Assembly (NCBI GenBank): GCA_017535105.1
Contig: JAFXUI010000002.1
Location: forward strand, 45,270-109,269
Length of the DNA: 64,000 nucleotides
Reading direction: 5' to 3'
DNA from: Alphaproteobacteria bacterium
Lineage (GTDB): Bacteria > Pseudomonadota > Alphaproteobacteria > Rs-D84
Numbering within the stretch: the first letter of the stretch is position 1; every line of letters starts with the position of its first letter. Both the position numbers and the translations under genes were made by a program. The notes beneath the pieces were generated by a model. The model was not told where the DNA came from and did not search any database. It saw nothing but the letters and a program-made list of their open reading frames with translations. Shown in pieces: positions 36,579 to 46,284 of the stretch.

Positions 36579-38177
36579 TTAACCATCAAAACGTTGATAT
36601 TCGCCCTTGTCCAGCAACTCTTTTACCATATAGTGCTTTATCTTCTTGGCGGATGTCTGGGGCAATTCCTTGTCTGTAATCGCGAAATGTTTAACCCATT
36701 TGTACTGTGCGATTTTAAGGTTTGATGCCTTGATAAGAAGCGATATGTATTCTGGCTTGGTCCCCGGTTTAACCTGGAACACGGCATACGGTACAACTTT
36801 ATCATTTATTTTGTATTCAAATACCGCCGCCGCCAAAATATCTGGGTTTTGCAGGTACAAATCTTCCATTTCTTCGGGCCAAATCTTTTTACCACTTTCC
36901 AAAACGATAAGTTGTTTTTGGCGCCCCTTTACAATTAAGCGACCCTTGGCATCAAGCATACCAACATCGCCGGTTTTAAACCAGCCGTCTTCGAATGCGG
37001 CCGCGTTCGCCTCGTCATTATCAATATAACCCGGCATCAGCATGGAACCACGGAACCAGATTTCACCAACGCCATCTTTATCGGGGTTGTGAATAATCAA
37101 TTCATTACCCTTCAATGGTCCCGCATAGTGAATGCCATGTCCATCGGGCTTTGGTACCGCCCAATTAAACAATGCCGGACCCGTTGTTTCGGTAAGTCCA
37201 AAGCAATCGCCAACCGAAAAGCCTAACTTTTCATAGAACTTGCGAATTGTTGGTTTTAACGGTGCACCCGCAGACACCAATACGCGTGTGTGACCGCCGA
37301 ATATGTCGTGTATTGGTTTTGTCACCTTGTCCACCAAACCGCCCAGTCCGATTTTGCGTAGTGGTTTTTGTAATGCCAATATTATGCGCATAATTGTCCA
37401 CAAGTGTTTGCTGCGCGCTTCGTCTACAATCTTTTTATAGAACACTTCCCATATACGTGGAACGGCGGGTATAACCTCTGGCTTGTACTGTTTCCAATCC
37501 TTAACAAATTCGGTTGGTTTTAATACTGGTTGTAATAACAATTTACCCTGGAGCGTGACCGGACAGATAACATTTATCACGATTCCGTATATGTGGTATA
37601 ATGGCAAGAAGCCATAAAATATAAATTCAGGTTTTGCAACGTGTTTATAATATTCGGCACCTTCGCATAAAGCCAAAAGATTGCCATGTGTTATTCCCAC
37701 AACCTTTGGATTACCTGTTGATCCCGATGTGAACGACATTTGTGCAATGTCCGAACGCACAACATCGGCGGCAACAAAGTCCGCGGCATCTGTATCATCG
37801 TCATTTTCAATATCAAACATCGGAAAATCGCAATCAAAAGTATGCGTTTTGTCAGCCAATGCCAATTTAGCATGGGTGCGTGTCATCATATTGATGTGTT
37901 CTTGGTGCGCAAGGCCCGTATCCAACAACAATGCACGCGCGCCAATTGATAAAATCGCATAGTACGATTCAATAAATGCCGGAATATTAGAGCAAAGCAG
38001 GGCGACAACATCACCCTTTTTAATGTCAAACTTTTTGGTAAGCAAGACCGCACGACGTTGTACCGTATCTAAAAATTCAGCATATGTCTTGTTTTCACGT
38101 ACAAAGAAAACCTTGTCCGCATTGCGTGTACATACGTCTTTCAGCATTTCATAGATATTGTTCATATCGGATAACAT
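36579..38177 (-). CDS. AMP-dependent synthetase / long-chain-fatty-acid--CoA ligase family
   Basis: TSGSTGNPKVV AMP-binding motif, GYGLTE-like and downstream adenylation-domain motifs; 532 aa. Confidence 0.8.
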   Translation of the reverse strand: MLSDMNNIYEMLKDVCTRNADKVFFVRENKTYAEFLDTVQRRAVLLTKKFDIKKGDVVALLCSNIPAFIESYYAILSIGARALLLDTGLAHQEHINMMTRTHAKLALADKTHTFDCDFPMFDIENDDDTDAADFVAADVVRSDIAQMSFTSGSTGNPKVVGITHGNLLALCEGAEYYKHVAKPEFIFYGFLPLYHIYGIVINVICPVTLQGKLLLQPVLKPTEFVKDWKQYKPEVIPAVPRIWEVFYKKIVDEARSKHLWTIMRIILALQKPLRKIGLGGLVDKVTKPIHDIFGGHTRVLVSAGAPLKPTIRKFYEKLGFSVGDCFGLTETTGPALFNWAVPKPDGHGIHYAGPLKGNELIIHNPDKDGVGEIWFRGSMLMPGYIDNDEANAAAFEDGWFKTGDVGMLDAKGRLIVKGRQKQLIVLESGKKIWPEEMEDLYLQNPDILAAAVFEYKINDKVVPYAVFQVKPGTKPEYISLLIKASNLKIAQYKWVKHFAITDKELPQTSAKKIKHYMVKELLDKGEYQRFDG

Positions 38178-38520
38178 ATTTCGTCCTTACAATTTTATTT
38201 TTCACACAAGTATAAACGATTTTATATCACAAAAACAACTAAAAATATGTATTTATTCTTACTTTTTTAGCGAATCGAAAAATCAATATATTGGGTTCGA
38301 ATCGTTTTTTTTTATGCTTTTTTATCAATATTTTGTGTTTTTGATCAAAAATCGAATCGTTTTTTTATAAAATTTTTTCCAAATCATCATACAAAGCAAT
38401 TTTTTGTGTCAACATTGCCGATTCCGATTCGCGCTGTAAGGTGCGGAAAACATACCTTGTTAAAAAGTAAAGCGAAAAATGAAAAAAAATACATTTTTTA
38501 TTTGTTGTTGAAAAACGATA

Positions 38521-38569
38521 AATACTATATATTGTTATTAAAACAGCAAAACAGACACTATATATTGTG
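38521..38569 (+). promoter_or_regulatory. tandem NrdR-box-like palindromes (atACTATATATTGTta and ACACTATATATTGTGT), 33 bp start to start
   Basis: Two copies of the 16-bp acaCwAtATaTwGtgt-type palindrome 25-75 nt upstream of the nrdD start. Confidence 0.55.
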
Positions 38570-38593
38570 TTTTTGACAAAAAAGGGTTAGTCA

Positions 38594-40633
38594 ATGTCTG
38601 AAGCAAACGATAATGTACAAATGGTGCCACAGTTCACTACAAAAATGGCCATCGTTCAAAAGCGCGAGGGTGAAACCGTTCCTTTTGACGCGATGAAAAT
38701 ATTTAATGCTATAAAGAAAGCAGTTGCGGTCACAAGCGAAATAGATGACAAGCGTATTGCTGAAATCACACAAAATGCGTTGAATAAATTGGACGCTAAA
38801 TTTGCGGATAAAACTCCACAAATCGAAGATATCCAAGAAATCGTTATTGAAGCTTTGATGGATGCGCACGCATATAAAACGGCTGAATCTTATATTATAT
38901 ATCGTCAGAAACGTTCTGAAACGCGCGAAGCGATGGTTGATGCGATATCGGTTATTGGTGACTATGTTTCCGAAGCGGATTGGCGCGTCAAAGAGAACGC
39001 AAATATCGGTTATTCGATTGGTGGCCTTATTCTGCGTAGCAGTGAACGTATGACTGCGGAATATTGGTTCCACGTTTATCCAAAAGAAATTGGTGATGCA
39101 CATCGTTCGGCCGCGATTCATATTCATGACTTGGGTTGGTTGACGGGTTATTGTGCCGGTTGGTCATTACGTGAATTGTTGTACGAGGGTTTAAACGGTG
39201 TTCCTGGTTATTTACAATGTGAACCGGCAAAACACATGGCAACCGCTGTTTCGCACATGGTGAACTTTTTGGGTACATTACAAAATGAATTTGCAGGCGC
39301 CCAAGCGTTTTCATCGGTTGATACATATTTGGCGCCATACGTTCGTCTTGATAAAATGTCGTATTCAGATGTTAAAAATTCTATGCAGACGTTGGTGTTT
39401 AATTGTTCGGTACCATGTCGTTGGGGAACACAAACACCGTTCATCAACTTTACATTCGACTGGACATGTCCAAAAGATTTGCGTGACCAACATCCGTTCG
39501 TTGGTAAAAAACAGGTTGATTTCACATACGGTGATTTACAGCCAGAAATGGACATGATAAACAAGGCTTTCTTGGAAGTTATGACCGAAGGTGACGCACA
39601 TGGTCGTCCGTTCACTTTCCCAATTCCAACATATAATATTACCGATGACTTCCCATGGAATCACGCCAATGTAAAACCATTGTTTGATTTGGCGGCAAAA
39701 TACGGTATTCCGAATTTCCAGAACTTTTTGAATTCCGATTTGAACCCAACCGATGTGCGTTCAATGTGCTGTCGTTTACGCTTGGACGTGCGTGAATTGT
39801 TAAAGCGCGGTGGCGGTTTGTTTGGTTCCGCAGAAAAGACCGGGTCAATCGGCGTTGTCACAATTAACTTGGCGCGTTTGGGTTATACGCACAAGGGTGA
39901 TCGCGAAGGTTTGTTCGCAGAATTGAAACGGTTGCTGGATTTGGCACGTGATTCATTGGAAATCAAACGTAAAATTATTTCCAAGAACTTGGAACGTGGT
40001 TTGTATCCATTTACCCGTCGCTATTTGGGCGATTGGAATCATCACTTTTCAACAATTGGTGTGAACGGTGCCAACGAAATGGTACGCAACTTTACAAACG
40101 ATCGTGAAAATATCGCAACACCACTTGGTAAAAAATTGGTTTTGGACGTAATGGACTTTATCCGTGAAAACTTGGCGAATTTCCAGGAACAGACGGGCAA
40201 CCTGTATAACTTGGAGGCAACACCAGCCGAAGGTTGCGCATATCGTTTCGCGAAAACGGATAAAAAGAATTTCCCAGATATCTTAACCGCTGGGACCGAA
40301 GATGCGCCATATTACACCAATTCAACCCAGTTGCCGGTGAACTATACCGATGACCCATTTGTCGCGTTGGAACACCAGGAAGAATTACAACGCAAATATA
40401 CTGGTGGAACGATGTTGCACTTGTATATGGGCGAACCAGTGTCATCTGGTGAAGCGGCACAAAAGATTGTTCGTACAATCTTTGAAAATTACAAGGTGCC
40501 ATATATGACATTAACACCGACATTTTCCATCTGTCCAAAGCATGGATATTTGCCGGGTAAACACGAGTTTTGTCCGAAATGTGATGCAGAAATTGCTGCA
40601 AACAGCAATGAACACAAGACGGCAAATAACTAA
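38594..40633 (+). CDS. nrdD: anaerobic ribonucleoside-triphosphate reductase (class III) catalytic body, ending after the C-terminal Zn-ribbon; lacks the glycyl-radical motif
   Basis: N-terminal ATP-cone, class III RNR core; C-terminus ...TPTFSICPKHGYLPGKHEFCPKCD then in-frame TAA. Confidence 0.85.
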   Translation: MSEANDNVQMVPQFTTKMAIVQKREGETVPFDAMKIFNAIKKAVAVTSEIDDKRIAEITQNALNKLDAKFADKTPQIEDIQEIVIEALMDAHAYKTAESYIIYRQKRSETREAMVDAISVIGDYVSEADWRVKENANIGYSIGGLILRSSERMTAEYWFHVYPKEIGDAHRSAAIHIHDLGWLTGYCAGWSLRELLYEGLNGVPGYLQCEPAKHMATAVSHMVNFLGTLQNEFAGAQAFSSVDTYLAPYVRLDKMSYSDVKNSMQTLVFNCSVPCRWGTQTPFINFTFDWTCPKDLRDQHPFVGKKQVDFTYGDLQPEMDMINKAFLEVMTEGDAHGRPFTFPIPTYNITDDFPWNHANVKPLFDLAAKYGIPNFQNFLNSDLNPTDVRSMCCRLRLDVRELLKRGGGLFGSAEKTGSIGVVTINLARLGYTHKGDREGLFAELKRLLDLARDSLEIKRKIISKNLERGLYPFTRRYLGDWNHHFSTIGVNGANEMVRNFTNDRENIATPLGKKLVLDVMDFIRENLANFQEQTGNLYNLEATPAEGCAYRFAKTDKKNFPDILTAGTEDAPYYTNSTQLPVNYTDDPFVALEHQEELQRKYTGGTMLHLYMGEPVSSGEAAQKIVRTIFENYKVPYMTLTPTFSICPKHGYLPGKHEFCPKCDAEIAANSNEHKTANN

Positions 40634-40666
40634 TTAAAAAAACAAAAAAAAGAAAAGGGGAGAAAA

Positions 40667-40855
40667 ATGCAAGCAGCAGCAAACACACAACGTACACAAT
40701 GTGAAGTATTTTCACGTTCAATGGGCTATATCAGACCGGTTCGCAACTTTAACATTGGTAAATATTCTGAATTCTGTGAAAGAAAAACATTTACAGAAGC
40801 AAATTCTTTGTCGGCTGGTGCTCGCCACGCTGAACTTATGAAAAAGGCGGCATAA
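40667..40855 (+). CDS. stand-alone glycyl-radical domain (62 aa) in frame with nrdD after a TAA and an 11-codon Lys-rich linker
   Basis: RSMGYIRPVRNFNIGKYSEFCERK matches the NrdD C-terminal R-x-x-G-Y...N-x-G-K-x-x-E-x-x-x-R signature; own AAGGGGAG RBS. Confidence 0.6.
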   Translation: MQAAANTQRTQCEVFSRSMGYIRPVRNFNIGKYSEFCERKTFTEANSLSAGARHAELMKKAA

Positions 40856-40859
40856 AGCA

Positions 40860-41561
40860 ATGCGTGATGTCCAGATTGGTGGTTTGGTTTCGTTCACAAC
40901 AATCGACTATCCGGGAAAATTGGCGGCTGTGCTGTTCTTGGTTGGATGTCCGTTGCGGTGTGCGTATTGTTCCAATCCACATTTACTGGAACTGGGACCG
41001 GGTGAATATGACCCCGAAAAAGTATATGGTTGGCTGGAATCCCGTGTTGGTAAGTTAGAAGCCGTCGTGTTTTCAGGCGGTGAGGCACTGATGCAGGGTG
41101 ATGCCACCATTTCTTTTATCAAACGTGTGCGCGAATTGGGCTTTGCAATTGGACTGCACACAAATGGTTTTTATCCGAAAATGTTGGAACGCGCCGCAGA
41201 ATATGTCGATTGGATTGGACTTGATTACAAGGCAACTCCCGAAAAATATGAAGCGCTGGTTGGAAACAGGGTTGCATATGACAATATGATTCAATCATTG
41301 GAATATTGGAAGACAACCGGTAAAGATTTTGAAGTTCGTATTACATGTGATCCACGATTTATTGATAAAAACGATTTAATTGCGATTGTACGCGATTTAA
41401 GTGAACGTGGGGTACAGACAGTCGCGATACAAAAATACATCAATCATTTTGAAGATTCTGCGCATAAAACGACCCCCGAACAACGTGAACAGTTTTTCAA
41501 TGACGCCGAGTTGCGTAAAACAGTTACCGCCATGGTTCCCAACACTATTTGGCGGGAATAA
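40860..41561 (+). CDS. nrdG: anaerobic ribonucleotide reductase activating protein (radical SAM)
   Basis: CPLRCAYCSN CxxxCxxC near the N-terminus; 233 aa; immediately downstream of nrdD. Confidence 0.85.
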   Translation: MRDVQIGGLVSFTTIDYPGKLAAVLFLVGCPLRCAYCSNPHLLELGPGEYDPEKVYGWLESRVGKLEAVVFSGGEALMQGDATISFIKRVRELGFAIGLHTNGFYPKMLERAAEYVDWIGLDYKATPEKYEALVGNRVAYDNMIQSLEYWKTTGKDFEVRITCDPRFIDKNDLIAIVRDLSERGVQTVAIQKYINHFEDSAHKTTPEQREQFFNDAELRKTVTAMVPNTIWRE

Positions 41562-41566
41562 AAAAT

Positions 41567-41586
41567 CGCCCATACGGGCGGTTTTT
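41567..41586. terminator. bidirectional terminator (cgcccatacgggcg plus T5)
   Basis: Hairpin between convergent nrdG and the Cys-rich protein gene. Confidence 0.6.
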
Positions 41587-42820
41587 AATTACATACAACA
41601 ATATATGGTGGAAATGATTTTGATTCGTTTATACCAGCACTGCCACAATCCATACAATTAAACTTTCTGTTTTGGGAATGCATTGCGTCCAGTGGTACAT
41701 TTTTCCCCGCAACCGCGGCAACATTTGCGATATAGGCAATGTTTGGAAAACCGAAATAAAATGCCTTGGTCGAACCAGAACAAGAACTAGACGATGGATA
41801 ACATTGCTGGTTGTCCAGTTTTGTTGGGTCGGGAATACAACTTGCGTGACAAGTTTTTTCATCAACAACCATCGTTTCACAATCGGTGCAAGACGATGCC
41901 GAAACACGCAAGTTTGCGCCCTGGCGACCGGTGGCGGCATCGTTGATAATATGGGCGCATTTTGTGTTCGCACTTGCGGCATTGGGGTCTTCGACACATT
42001 CCCATTCCAAATTGTTATAATTCAAGCGCGGAATAAGGTTCCCCGGGCATGTGCGTTCGGCAAATGGGTCGACACATTCCCAAACCTCATCAACAATAAC
42101 CGCGGTTTGTTGTGCGGCGCACAGTGGTTTGCGCGATTCATCGGGTACGCATTTTTTTTCTTCGTAATTCCAAATCATATCGCCACCACAGTTTGTTTTG
42201 ACGTTCAGAGCGATACATTGCCAGCGACCAAAACGATATACTGCGGACATTCCAGTCGGGCAAGTTATCGCATCGGGTGCGGTCGTTATAAAGTCTGTCT
42301 GGGCGGTTGGAATTGAATATTGGGTCATGTACACCAACTGGCCATCTTTAAATTCATGTTCTTTTAATATCGACTTTGGAATACTGCGTTTTGTGCCACC
42401 CCCAGATATAATTTGGTTGTCCATAAATACACCAAATGTACCCGCGTCTGCGTAATGTTGTTCCAATATCTCCATCATGTCGTTATATGACGCGTTATCC
42501 AATGGCTTTGTATATGTGATAATGTATGTGTATTCCGGTGCCTTGTTTTTAATCGCATCGCATTCGGTAATAGACATTTTTGAATCCATACAGAAAATTT
42601 CGCTGTGAATATCGTTTTTCTTGATACACGCGTCATCAAATTCGGCTTGGTTCATATTGGCATTATGCAGTGCCATTGTACATTCGGCAATTGAACGCAT
42701 ATCGGCACGTGTTATGGAATAGTCAATTTCTTGTTCGCGAATGTGAAGGGACGGGCTGGACAACAAATAGTATGTCCCCATAAACAGCGCCACCAAAATC
42801 ATGATAAAAATATTCATCAT
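41585..42820 (-). CDS. membrane-anchored/secreted Cys-rich protein (411 aa, more than 25 Cys)
   Basis: N-terminal hydrophobic anchor MMNIFIMILVALFMGTYYLL; numerous spaced cysteines in the C-terminal half. Confidence 0.5.
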   Translation of the reverse strand: MMNIFIMILVALFMGTYYLLSSPSLHIREQEIDYSITRADMRSIAECTMALHNANMNQAEFDDACIKKNDIHSEIFCMDSKMSITECDAIKNKAPEYTYIITYTKPLDNASYNDMMEILEQHYADAGTFGVFMDNQIISGGGTKRSIPKSILKEHEFKDGQLVYMTQYSIPTAQTDFITTAPDAITCPTGMSAVYRFGRWQCIALNVKTNCGGDMIWNYEEKKCVPDESRKPLCAAQQTAVIVDEVWECVDPFAERTCPGNLIPRLNYNNLEWECVEDPNAASANTKCAHIINDAATGRQGANLRVSASSCTDCETMVVDEKTCHASCIPDPTKLDNQQCYPSSSSCSGSTKAFYFGFPNIAYIANVAAVAGKNVPLDAMHSQNRKFNCMDCGSAGINESKSFPPYIVVCN

Positions 42821-42906
42821 TCTCCCTTGCGATTTATTAAAAGTCTAGGTAATATACAAATAAAAAGCAACAGGAAAACACTTGTCGCAACGAAAAAGGT
42901 ATAAGC

Positions 42907-43374
42907 GTGAAGAAACTATTAGTCTTTTTATTGTTGGCGGGCTGCGGATTTGTGCCGATGTATTCGGGTAAAAATACAGACATTTATGTTCCCCCAATTA
43001 CCAGTGGTGCAAATGGTATCGAACTGCGTAATGCGTTAAATGCAAAGTTTGGCGGATTGCGTGATGCGACCGCGCCGTATGTGTTAGAGGTAAAATTGTC
43101 TGACCCAAACACAACGTACAAGGCGTTGGATAAAACCGGGGTCGCAACGTGGCAAGAAGTGGCACTGACCGCAAATTATACATTAAAGGCCGGCGACAGT
43201 GTTATCGCAACTGGTAAAGAGTCCGCATCAGAATCATATTCGTTTGTGCAATATCTGGTCGCGGCAAATGCGTCGTATAACAATGCGGTGAATAATGTTA
43301 TCACAGTGCTGTCTGAAAAAATTGGTAATCGCGCAATCGCCGAAGTGTATAAACATTCCAACGGTAATAAATAA
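42907..43374 (+). CDS. lptE: LptE-like LPS-assembly lipoprotein
   Basis: Lipobox LLLAGCGF; about 155 aa; immediately upstream of holA, the conserved lptE-holA arrangement. Confidence 0.55.
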   Translation: MKKLLVFLLLAGCGFVPMYSGKNTDIYVPPITSGANGIELRNALNAKFGGLRDATAPYVLEVKLSDPNTTYKALDKTGVATWQEVALTANYTLKAGDSVIATGKESASESYSFVQYLVAANASYNNAVNNVITVLSEKIGNRAIAEVYKHSNGNK

Positions 43375-44363
43375 TGAAATGGAAAGAAGCAGATTTTAAA
43401 AGTGGAATCGAAACAGTACGGGCATTATTGGTATATGGTCCCGATGCCGGCCAGGTCGATGAATACTGTGATAAAGCGGTTGAAAAACTTGGTATTGAAA
43501 AAGATAATTTGTTTGCGCTGGACTCAAACGATTTGTCCGAAAAGCAAGAGGCTTTGTTTGCGGAAAGTTGTACGCCATCAATGTTTGGTGGTCGTAAAAT
43601 GGTCATCATTTCCAATGCTGGCGACAGTGACGCAAAAATAATTAATGAATTGGTTTCGCATCCAGGTTTATCTGCAACGGTGATCGTGTGTGGTGGCGAA
43701 TTGCGTGCGGGTGGTGGATTACGCACGTTGTTCGAGAGCGGTTCCGATATCGCGGCATTGCCGTGCTATAACGATGATGCGCGCACATTGGAAACTCTTA
43801 TTCGCAAAGAATTATCGGCAGATGCGGGAATCAAACAAATTACCCCAGATGCAATGGCATATATGACAACGCATTTGGGTGGCGACCGCGGAATTACTCG
43901 TGGCTTTTTGAACAAAATTGCGATTTATGTAAGTGATAAGCATATTGTCGAATTGGAAGATGTTGAAAAATGTTTGCCCGATACTGGTGCGGCAGACACG
44001 GACGATTATTTGTTTTCTTTGACGGCGGGACATATTGCGCAAACGGTTACTGCGCTGGACCGATTATTGTATTCGGGTTCGGAACCAAATATGCTTATTC
44101 GTATGTTGGATACACATTTCAAGCGGTTGTTGGCGGCGGTTGTTGACGGACAATTGCCACGACTTTTCTGGAAGGTCGAAGACAAATTCCGCACCGCAAT
44201 ACGTATATGGTCGGAACCTGAAATAACCGCAGTGTTGGTTCGATTGAACGAATTGGAACGTCAGTTACGTACAACGGGTATGCCGGGTGAAATATTGTTA
44301 CGTGACTTTTCGTTAAAGTTGGCAATGCGTGCCGCAAAAATGGCGATAAGAAAAAGGAATTAA
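43374..44363 (+). CDS. holA: DNA polymerase III delta subunit
   Basis: 329 aa, HolA-like N-terminal Rossmann region; genomic context lptE-holA. Confidence 0.65.
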   Translation: MKWKEADFKSGIETVRALLVYGPDAGQVDEYCDKAVEKLGIEKDNLFALDSNDLSEKQEALFAESCTPSMFGGRKMVIISNAGDSDAKIINELVSHPGLSATVIVCGGELRAGGGLRTLFESGSDIAALPCYNDDARTLETLIRKELSADAGIKQITPDAMAYMTTHLGGDRGITRGFLNKIAIYVSDKHIVELEDVEKCLPDTGAADTDDYLFSLTAGHIAQTVTALDRLLYSGSEPNMLIRMLDTHFKRLLAAVVDGQLPRLFWKVEDKFRTAIRIWSEPEITAVLVRLNELERQLRTTGMPGEILLRDFSLKLAMRAAKMAIRKRN

Positions 44364-44364
44364 A

Positions 44365-45126
44365 ATGTTAGCATCAGTATATGCACCAAAAGATTTCAAA
44401 CGTCTGCGCGTGTCGGGTGATTTGGTGGCACGCTGTTTTGATTTTATTTCGCCGTATATCAAGGCGGGTATTTCAACCGGTGAAATTGACCGTTTGGTTG
44501 CAGGTTTTTTGAAAGAAAATGGTGCGCGTTCGTCTGATTTAGGGTACCAGGGTTATCCGAAAAGTATTTGTACGTCTGTGAACGATGTTATTGTACACGG
44601 TATCCCCAGTGATGATGTTATATTAAAAGACGGTGATATTGTAAATGTCGATTTGACTGCGGAATACAAGGGGTGGCACGGTGATGCGTCACGTATGTAT
44701 ATGATTGGTAATGTGTCAAGCAAAGCACGCGAATTGGTACAAACGTGTCAAGATGCGTTAAATGCCGCAATTTCTATTTGTGCACCGGGTGTGCCATTGT
44801 CTGAAATTGGCAAAACAATTGAGGCTGTTGTAAAACCACACGGCTTTTCAATATCGCGTGATTTTGTTGGACACGGTATTGGCAAGGTTATGCACGATGA
44901 CCCCCAGATATATCATTTCTATGATAAAATGTGGGACAAGGTAAAAATGGTGCCGGGTTTGGTGTTCACAATTGAACCAATGATAAACACGGGTCGCCCC
45001 GAATGTAAAATAGATGCGGACGGTTGGACCGCACGTACGGTTGACGGTGGACTGTCTGCACAATGGGAACACACATTGGGTATTACCGAAGACGGTGTAA
45101 TCATATTTACCGAACGTATGATGTAA
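44365..45126 (+). CDS. map: methionine aminopeptidase type I
   Basis: Conserved metal ligands (D...D...H...E...E pattern), VVHGIP motif, 253 aa. Confidence 0.9.
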   Translation: MLASVYAPKDFKRLRVSGDLVARCFDFISPYIKAGISTGEIDRLVAGFLKENGARSSDLGYQGYPKSICTSVNDVIVHGIPSDDVILKDGDIVNVDLTAEYKGWHGDASRMYMIGNVSSKARELVQTCQDALNAAISICAPGVPLSEIGKTIEAVVKPHGFSISRDFVGHGIGKVMHDDPQIYHFYDKMWDKVKMVPGLVFTIEPMINTGRPECKIDADGWTARTVDGGLSAQWEHTLGITEDGVIIFTERMM

Positions 45127-45141
45127 TGTTGGGGTGACACC

Positions 45142-45819
45142 TTGCCAGAACGTGATGAAAACTTTTATACCGGTCATCGCGAAAGATTGCGTGAAAAGTT
45201 TTTAAGCAATCAACTGGCTGATTATGAAAAATTAGAATTACTTTTGGGATACGCAATACCACGCCGTGATGTGCGACCGTTGGCGCGCAGTTTGGTCAAA
45301 GAGTTCGGTGGCTTTTATCAAGTTCTGACCGCATCTGTTGATGATTTGGTAAAAGTCAAAGGTGTTGGTCGTAATACGGCAATCTTTCTGAAAGTTGTTC
45401 AGCAAATGATGCAAATTGGATATATGGGGCAATTAAAAGAAAGCCCGGTATTCCACGATGAAAAGATTTTACATAATTATTGTCGCGTTGTGTTGTCGGG
45501 CAAACAAGTCGAAGAATTACATGTATTATATTTGGACACTAATTTGAAAATGATTGCGGACGATGTACACACAACAGGTACGGTTGATACCAGTGCAATA
45601 TATCCGCGTGAAATTGCACGGCGTGCGTTGCAATTAAATGCGCGTTCAATCGTTATTGCGCATAATCACCCAACGTCTGTTAATTCTTTTTCAACAGAAG
45701 ATGTCGCCGTTACGACCCAGGTTAAAATGGTTTTAGCAACACTGGATATCGCGCTGTATGATCATCTGTTGGTCGCAAACGACAGTGTGTATTCAATGCG
45801 TGCGATGCATTTAATATAA
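45142..45819 (+). CDS. radC: RadC-family (JAB/MPN) protein; ORF-track start is TTG
   Basis: HhH N-terminal region and HNHPSG JAMM motif. Confidence 0.8.
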   Translation: MPERDENFYTGHRERLREKFLSNQLADYEKLELLLGYAIPRRDVRPLARSLVKEFGGFYQVLTASVDDLVKVKGVGRNTAIFLKVVQQMMQIGYMGQLKESPVFHDEKILHNYCRVVLSGKQVEELHVLYLDTNLKMIADDVHTTGTVDTSAIYPREIARRALQLNARSIVIAHNHPTSVNSFSTEDVAVTTQVKMVLATLDIALYDHLLVANDSVYSMRAMHLI

Positions 45820-45822
45820 ACG

Positions 45823-46284
45823 TTATTGAATTGATACGGGATCAACATTGCCCGCCCCAGAATCATATATTTCCAAGTTTTCATATAAATCGCCACTGGC
45901 GTTTTTTAGTTTTTTATTTCGTGCTTCTAATAATTCATTTAACTTGTCCATTGGTACGGAAATTGTATTACAGCCACGCGCAAATAAATCACCACCCCAA
46001 ATGACATTTATGATTGGACCCGCCATAGATAATGCCGCGAACATAATTATCAAATTGCGCATATTTGTAAAAAAATCATTTGCCGCGCCACGAATCCTTG
46101 AAACGCCCCAGCCAAATATCAAAACACCAGTCACAATGGTAATGATTGTCCATGCGTACCCAACAAATGTTTCAAAACCACGTAATATACATGACGGATC
46201 TTCGATATACACATAACTTGAATCGGCACCACGTACAGTGATTCCAGAGTTGACTAGCAATCGAACGATTGTTTCTGTATTCAT
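45823..46284 (-). CDS. hypothetical membrane protein with two TM helices (153 aa)
   Basis: Hydrophobic segments WTIITIVTGVLIFGWGV and LIIMFAALSMAGPIINVIWGG; no cleavable signal peptide. Confidence 0.45.
   Translation of the reverse strand: MNTETIVRLLVNSGITVRGADSSYVYIEDPSCILRGFETFVGYAWTIITIVTGVLIFGWGVSRIRGAANDFFTNMRNLIIMFAALSMAGPIINVIWGGDLFARGCNTISVPMDKLNELLEARNKKLKNASGDLYENLEIYDSGAGNVDPVSIQ

Noticed and set aside
38341-38356. FNR box TTGAT-N4-ATCAA upstream of nrdD
   Set aside because: Only one half-site (TTGAT) is clean. The second half reads AATCG/ATCGA with wrong spacing, which is too degenerate to call.
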